Below, in pieces: positions 58,722 to 64,000 of a DNA stretch of 64,000 bases. Position 1 is the first letter of the stretch, and each line of letters begins with the position of its first letter. The DNA comes from Bacilli bacterium. Its GTDB lineage: Bacteria; Bacillota_I; Bacilli_A; RF39; UBA660. Position numbers and translations under genes: made by a program. The notes below the pieces were generated by a model. That model saw only the letters and a program-made list of their open reading frames with translations, was not told the DNA's origin and did no database searches. The stretch covers positions 6,034 through 70,033 of the forward strand of contig JAFRAK010000028.1 of NCBI GenBank assembly GCA_017405445.1, read 5' to 3'.

Positions 58722-59639
58722 ATGAATAAAAAGAATATGAATAACAAATTACGCAAGTCTCTAATCCTTCTCGTTGTTTTAGCTTTAATTGCAACAGTTG
58801 TAATAATTCTAATGAAACTATTCTGGGATACAACTGGTTACAAGATTTATCAAACACCATATACCGCAAGATCATGGGAACAGTATGAGTGTTTAAAAGC
58901 CGGAAATGTTTGTACTCGCGAAGATATTTTAAAAGCAATTAAAGTAAAATTACCAGTTAATGAAAAAGAAATTTATAATTTTTATTTAATTGATAATGAT
59001 GAGAAAACAGCAACATTACTGATGGATCGAAATTTAGTTGGAGTAATGGACTGGTCATTGGTAGATAGTAATTTAAGAGGTCCTACAAGTGCTTTAATTG
59101 AAGTCCTTGAAAGAACAAAAAATTGGTCATTTATTCCACTAATTGAATCCTATGAGTATGTAGATTTTGGAAAAAAATATTTTGAAGATATTTGTAAAGA
59201 AGAAAAAAAATCTTTAAGAGACGCTTCTTATGACTGTTCAGAAGATGTTTTAAGAGGTTATAATGGTATTAAAATAACAAATGGAGTAACTGTTCTTCGA
59301 TTTAATGATGAAGATTACACAGGAGAAGAAGATGATTCATTTAATGCTACTCAATTAACTAAGAAAGCAAGAGTAAGATTAATTACTTTTGAAGAAATCG
59401 AAAATTTACGAGAAATAAATAATTATCCAGATTGGTTAATTGATAATACAATGGAAAATGAAGGTTATTGGACTTTATCTTCATCACCATTTGAATCAAC
59501 TCTTTATTCAACATCTGCTATGGCAATGACCAATTATTTGAATAAACCATTTGTAAGAGAATTATATCCAGTAAACCAACATAATGAACTAAATAAGAGA
59601 AATGGATTAAGACCAGTAATTACAATTGAAAAATATTAA
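58722..59639 (+). CDS. Signal-anchored protein with a DUF6273-like C-terminal domain, co-transcribed with the giant pilin-like gene
   Basis: 305 aa. AAAGGAG SD, 17-nt gap from the giant gene, TM helix LILLVVLALIATVVIILM. The C-terminus RLITFEEIENL...EGYWTLSSSP...NGLRPVITIEKY parallels the 35334 protein ending. Confidence 0.75.
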   Translation: MNKKNMNNKLRKSLILLVVLALIATVVIILMKLFWDTTGYKIYQTPYTARSWEQYECLKAGNVCTREDILKAIKVKLPVNEKEIYNFYLIDNDEKTATLLMDRNLVGVMDWSLVDSNLRGPTSALIEVLERTKNWSFIPLIESYEYVDFGKKYFEDICKEEKKSLRDASYDCSEDVLRGYNGIKITNGVTVLRFNDEDYTGEEDDSFNATQLTKKARVRLITFEEIENLREINNYPDWLIDNTMENEGYWTLSSSPFESTLYSTSAMAMTNYLNKPFVRELYPVNQHNELNKRNGLRPVITIEKY

Positions 59640-59641
59640 AG

Positions 59642-59668
59642 ACTTATAACTTTGTTATAAGTTTTTTA
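59642..59668 (+). terminator. Rho-independent terminator closing the giant-gene operon
   Basis: ACTTATAAC (59642-59650) / TTT / GTTATAAGT (59654-59662), then T6. Confidence 0.75.
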
Positions 59669-59694
59669 TTTGATATAATAAATATGGTGGTAAT

Positions 59695-61983
59695 ATGAAA
59701 ACAAAATTAATAATATGTCCTAATGAATATAAAAATGAAATATTATTACAAACGAAAAGTATATGTAATCAAAAATTTATGACTTTAAATGATTTTATAA
59801 AGCATTATTATTTTGAATATCATGCAAAAGCAATTTATTATTTAATGAATAAGTATCATTTTCATATTGATACTTGTAAAGTTTATTTAGATAGTATGAT
59901 ATATATTGAAGATAAACAATATAAAAGTAATAAATTAAATTATTTAAAAGAATTAAGAGAAGAATGTATAAATAATCATTTATTAGAGTTTCATCCATTA
60001 TTTAAAGAATCTTTAAAGAATTATGATATTGAAGTAAAAAATTACTATCACATTGAAAATCAAATAAAAAGTATACTAAATTATCATGATGAAATACATT
60101 CATTTACTTTTTCTAAGAAAGTATATGAATTTAATAGTATGGAAAAAGAAATCCATTTTGTATGTCAAGAAATAAGAAAATTATTAGATAATAATGTTTC
60201 TTTAAATAAAATATTTTTAGTAAATGTAGGAGAAGAATACTATTATCTATTATCAAAATTATTCTCATACTATAATATTCCAATAGAAATACCTTTTCAA
60301 AATCCCATCTATGCTACTAAGACAATTCAAGGATTATTAAATTCAAAAACTCCTCTTTTAGAAATAACAAATAAAGTAGAAAAACAATATAGTGAAATAT
60401 TAAAACAATTATCTGATTTAGAAAAAGATGAGATATATGAAACAATATTAAAAGAAGAGTTAAAACATACTTATCTTTCAAATCCAAAATATGAAGAATC
60501 AATTAAAATATTAGATTTAACATCTAAACCTTTTCAAGAAGATGAGTATGTATTTGTACTAGGTTTCAATCAAGATTCTCTTCCAAAGACAAAAAAGGAT
60601 GTAGATTATCTTTCAGACAAAGATAAAAAAGAACTTGGAATAGAAACAACTATGGAATGGAATAAAAGAGAAAGAGAAATTATTCCTTATCTTTTAAGTA
60701 AAATAAAAAATTGTACAATAACTTATAAATGTACTTCGCCTTTTGAAAAATATTATCCATCAAGTTTAATTAAAGATTATCAATTAGAAGTAATAAAAGA
60801 GCCTTCTCTATCAAATCATTATTCCCATTTGGTAAATAAATTAAAACTTGCGGATTTACTAGATAATTTCTATTTATATGGTGAAAAAAATGAGAAATTA
60901 CTGGAATTAAATTCAAATTATGAAATTGGATATCACAGCTACGAGAATCAGTATAATGGAATTAATAAAGATACTTATTTAGAAAATTTAAATGTTCCAT
61001 TAAGAGTATCTTATTCTAGTCTCAACCAATATGCAGAATGCAAGTTTAAGTATTATATTAATTATGTATTAAAACTAAATCAGTATGAAGATACTTTTCC
61101 AGGATTTATTGGGTCATTATATCATAAGATATTATCATTGAGAAAAAGAGGTGGATTTGACTTAGAAAAGGAATGGAATAATTATTTAGAAAAAAGGGAT
61201 TTAACACTTAAAGAAAAAACATTATTAGTAAGAATACGAAAAGATTTAGAAGATATTATTGAAGTATTAAAGAAACAGGATCTTTTAACAGATTATCAAG
61301 AAGAGTTGTGTGAACAGTCAATTGTAATTCCCCTTCGTACGGATATTTCTACAGAATTTATTGGATATATCGACAAAATTATGTTTTTGAAGCAAATGAA
61401 TGATACTTACTTTTCTATTGTAGATTATAAAAGTGGGGAAATAGATACAAAAATAGAAGCAATGAAATATGGTTTACATATGCAGTTACCAATCTATTTA
61501 TATTTAATTCATTATGGCAAGCTGTTTGAAAATCCAATCTTTACTGGAATCTATTATCAAAACATCTTATTTTCTTATCCAATGTGGAATAAAAAACTTG
61601 CAGAACAAGAAGAAAAGAAATACTATCTTCAAGGTTATAGTACAGATAAAATAGAAATATTAGAAAAATTTGATAAAACATATCAAAATAGTGAATTAAT
61701 TAAAAGTATGAAGTATCAAGAAGATAAAGGTTTTGGAACTTATACAAAACTAATGAATGATGATACGCTATTAGAGTTAATAAAATATACGAAAAACATA
61801 GTGGAAAAAGAAACAGATGATATTTTAAATGCAGATTTTAAAATCAATCCAAAAATATATGGAAAAGATAATATCTCTTGTGAACTATGTAAATTCCAAG
61901 ATTTATGTTTCCATAAAAATGAAGATATTGTCCGCTTACCTAAAGTAGATGATTTATCTTTTTTAGGAGGTGATATCAAATGA
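59695..61983 (+). CDS. addB: AddB/RexB-type helicase-nuclease subunit, short form (762 aa) with a C-terminal PD-(D/E)XK nuclease and 4-Cys cluster
   Basis: C-terminal third: SSLNQYAECKFKYY (Cys 1), IVDYKSG (nuclease D-x-K) and ISCELCKFQDLC (Cys 2-4) give the AddB iron-sulfur staple pattern. No Walker A is visible at the N-terminus. ATGA-type overlap with addA. Confidence 0.75.
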   Translation: MKTKLIICPNEYKNEILLQTKSICNQKFMTLNDFIKHYYFEYHAKAIYYLMNKYHFHIDTCKVYLDSMIYIEDKQYKSNKLNYLKELREECINNHLLEFHPLFKESLKNYDIEVKNYYHIENQIKSILNYHDEIHSFTFSKKVYEFNSMEKEIHFVCQEIRKLLDNNVSLNKIFLVNVGEEYYYLLSKLFSYYNIPIEIPFQNPIYATKTIQGLLNSKTPLLEITNKVEKQYSEILKQLSDLEKDEIYETILKEELKHTYLSNPKYEESIKILDLTSKPFQEDEYVFVLGFNQDSLPKTKKDVDYLSDKDKKELGIETTMEWNKREREIIPYLLSKIKNCTITYKCTSPFEKYYPSSLIKDYQLEVIKEPSLSNHYSHLVNKLKLADLLDNFYLYGEKNEKLLELNSNYEIGYHSYENQYNGINKDTYLENLNVPLRVSYSSLNQYAECKFKYYINYVLKLNQYEDTFPGFIGSLYHKILSLRKRGGFDLEKEWNNYLEKRDLTLKEKTLLVRIRKDLEDIIEVLKKQDLLTDYQEELCEQSIVIPLRTDISTEFIGYIDKIMFLKQMNDTYFSIVDYKSGEIDTKIEAMKYGLHMQLPIYLYLIHYGKLFENPIFTGIYYQNILFSYPMWNKKLAEQEEKKYYLQGYSTDKIEILEKFDKTYQNSELIKSMKYQEDKGFGTYTKLMNDDTLLELIKYTKNIVEKETDDILNADFKINPKIYGKDNISCELCKFQDLCFHKNEDIVRLPKVDDLSFLGGDIK

Positions 61984-64000
61984 AGCCAACAAAAGAGCAG
62001 CAACAAGCAATTGATGTAGAAGGAACAAATATTATTGTTTCAGCAGGAGCGGGAAGTGGAAAAACAGCAGTATTAACCGCAAGAGTTATTAGAAAATTAT
62101 TTGATCAAGTTCATATCAATGAATTACTGATTCTAACGTTTACGAATGCAGCGGCCAAAGAAATGAAAGATAGAATAAGAGAAGCCATAAAAAAAGAAGA
62201 ATCTCTAAAAGAAGAATTAGATTACATTGATAGTTCCTATATCACAACATTTGATTCTTTTGCCTTATCGATTGTAAAAAAGTATCATACAAAATTAAAT
62301 GTCTCAAGTAAGATTGAAATCAGTGATCAAGCAATTATAGATTTAAAAACAAAAGAAATATTAGAAACCATAATGGATGAATACTATCTAACTCCAAAAG
62401 AAAACTTTCTCTCTTTAATTCATGATTTTTGTCTAAAAGATGATAAAGGACTAAAAAAAGATATTTTAAATTGCTACAAAAAAATAGAATTAAAATATGA
62501 TAAAGAAAACTTTTTAAAAAATTATTTTAATATCTATTCTGAAGATAAAGTAAAACATTGGATAAGTCTCTATCTTGAAGGTATAAAAGAAAAGCAATTA
62601 TTAATAACTGATCTATTAAAAGAAATGGAATCTTATTTTGATGGGACTTTTATAGAAAAAATAAAATCAGATTTAAAAAAATTCCTTGAAGCCAATACTT
62701 ATGAAGAATTTTATCAATCAATGGATTATCAAGGAGTAAGAGTAACAAAAAATGATCCAGAAGAAGGAAAAAAGTTAAAAGGAAAAATCTATGAAATACT
62801 AAAGGATTTAAAAGAAGATGAATTACTATATTCTACAGAAGAAGAGATGAAAGAGGAGTTATTATCTACAAAAAAGCATATTCAAGTAATTGTTGATATT
62901 ATGAAAGAATTAGACCATAGATTAGAAATATGGAAAAAAGAGAATGAGATTTATAATTTTAATGATATTGCGAGATTTGCGATAAGAGTAATTGAAGAAA
63001 ATTCTGATGTAAAAGAGGAATTAAAAAATAGTTTTCAAGAAATTATGATTGATGAATATCAAGATACATCAGATACACAAGAAAAATTAATTTCCTTAAT
63101 ATCTGAAAACAATGTTTATATGGTTGGTGATATTAAACAATCTATTTATCGCTTTAGAAATGCCAACCCATATATTTTTAAATCAAAATATGATTTATAT
63201 CGTGATACTAATAAAGGACAAAAAATAGATTTATTAAAAAATTTTCGTTCTAGAAAAGAAGTTTTAGATGATGTAAATTTACTATTTGATTATGTAATGG
63301 ATGATAAAATTGGAGGAGCAGAGTATCAAGATTCCCATCGTATGATTTTCGGAAACGAAAGTTATAATCAAAAAGGAAAAACAAATGAGAATTATCATAT
63401 GGATATTTTAACCTACAATGATAAAGAATTAGGCGATATTACTTCATCAGAAGAAGAAGCTTTTATTATTGGAAGAGACATCAAAAAGAAAATAGAATCT
63501 CATTATCCAATTTTTGATAAAGATCAACAAATACTAAGAGATTGTACCTATCAAGATTTCACCATTTTATTAGATCGATCTAGAGACTTTGACTTATATA
63601 AGAAAGTTTTTCAATATCTTCATATTCCGATGACAATTATGAAAGAAGAATCTTTAAGAAAAGAAGATGACTTATTAGTCTTAAAAAACCTTCTAAAACT
63701 CATTTTACTAATTAAAGATGGAAAAGAAGAAAAAGATTTTGAATATGTATTTGTATCTTTAAGTAGAAGCTTTTTATATCGAATTTCTGATGAAGAAATC
63801 TATGATTGTATTATAAAGAAGTCCTATCAAAAGACTAAATTATATCAAGATGCTTTAGAATTATCTAAACGAGTTGATGAATTAAATCCAAGTAAATTCT
63901 ATCTAGAAGTTCTTGAAAAGGTGGAGTATGATCAGAAACTATTAAAGAATCAAGATATTTCATCTTACCGAATTAGAGAAGAATATTTCTATCAATTGTT
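61980..64000 (+). CDS. addA: AddA/RexA ATP-dependent helicase-nuclease, N-terminal ~673 aa; 3' end outside the window
   Basis: Open frame from ATG 61980 to the window edge. MKPTKEQQQAIDVEGTNIIVSAGAGSGKTAVLTARV (UvrD motif I), MIDEYQDTS (motif II), VGDIKQSIYRFRNA (motif III). Confidence 0.88.
   Translation, partial: MKPTKEQQQAIDVEGTNIIVSAGAGSGKTAVLTARVIRKLFDQVHINELLILTFTNAAAKEMKDRIREAIKKEESLKEELDYIDSSYITTFDSFALSIVKKYHTKLNVSSKIEISDQAIIDLKTKEILETIMDEYYLTPKENFLSLIHDFCLKDDKGLKKDILNCYKKIELKYDKENFLKNYFNIYSEDKVKHWISLYLEGIKEKQLLITDLLKEMESYFDGTFIEKIKSDLKKFLEANTYEEFYQSMDYQGVRVTKNDPEEGKKLKGKIYEILKDLKEDELLYSTEEEMKEELLSTKKHIQVIVDIMKELDHRLEIWKKENEIYNFNDIARFAIRVIEENSDVKEELKNSFQEIMIDEYQDTSDTQEKLISLISENNVYMVGDIKQSIYRFRNANPYIFKSKYDLYRDTNKGQKIDLLKNFRSRKEVLDDVNLLFDYVMDDKIGGAEYQDSHRMIFGNESYNQKGKTNENYHMDILTYNDKELGDITSSEEEAFIIGRDIKKKIESHYPIFDKDQQILRDCTYQDFTILLDRSRDFDLYKKVFQYLHIPMTIMKEESLRKEDDLLVLKNLLKLILLIKDGKEEKDFEYVFVSLSRSFLYRISDEEIYDCIIKKSYQKTKLYQDALELSKRVDELNPSKFYLEVLEKVEYDQKLLKNQDISSYRIREEYFYQL

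Noticed and set aside
1-64000. Possibility of Mollicutes-type code 4 (TGA=Trp), and presence of CRISPR arrays, tRNA/rRNA genes, integrases or prophage blocks.
   Set aside because: Several genes of family-typical length end in TGA with ATGA overlaps to the next start (arcB/arcC, potC/potD, addB/addA), so TGA acts as a stop. I found no spaced direct-repeat arrays, no tRNA-like GTTCRAnYC arms in intergenic regions, no rRNA-like sequence, and no integrase or phage structural genes.

Overview
This is an AT-rich window (about 30% GC by eye, not computed) read with the standard genetic code. ATGA start/stop overlaps and strong AGGAGG-type ribosome-binding sites fit a low-GC Bacillota chromosome, possibly Erysipelotrichia-like, but that taxonomy is a guess. 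I call 45 protein genes, all but one on the + strand. I see no rRNA, tRNA, CRISPR array, integrase or prophage. Core content: a scattered cell-division/cell-wall (dcw) set (rsmH 3' end, ftsL, two class B PBPs, mraY, ftsW); a 14-kb catabolic block (arginine deiminase arcA-arcB-arcC, an Arg-type ABC importer, potABCD, and the agmatine deiminase genes ptcA-aguD-aguA); yceD-rpmF; and addB-addA at the 3' edge. Between these lie lineage-specific surface or secreted genes. Best candidates for something new: (1) a terminator-bracketed two-gene operon (52336-59639) encoding a ~2,120-aa Cys-rich multi-module protein headed by a textbook type IV prepilin signal (KG|FSLIE), plus a membrane-anchored partner, with no pilus machinery in the window; (2) ribosomal protein L32 with a 9-residue N-terminal extension (MMKLNIQLF|AVPFRK) that closely matches the Prp-protease propeptide of Firmicutes L27; (3) a family of signal-anchored beta-rich modules present in 3 clear and 2 possible copies, two fused to swapped C-terminal adhesin-like domains; (4) a translationally coupled pair of a zinc-ribbon membrane protein and a YjgR/DUF853 HerA-like ATPase; (5) an in-frame carbamate kinase-YfcC transporter fusion that keeps an internal SD and ATG. 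All family assignments rest on motifs I recognise by eye. No database search was run.
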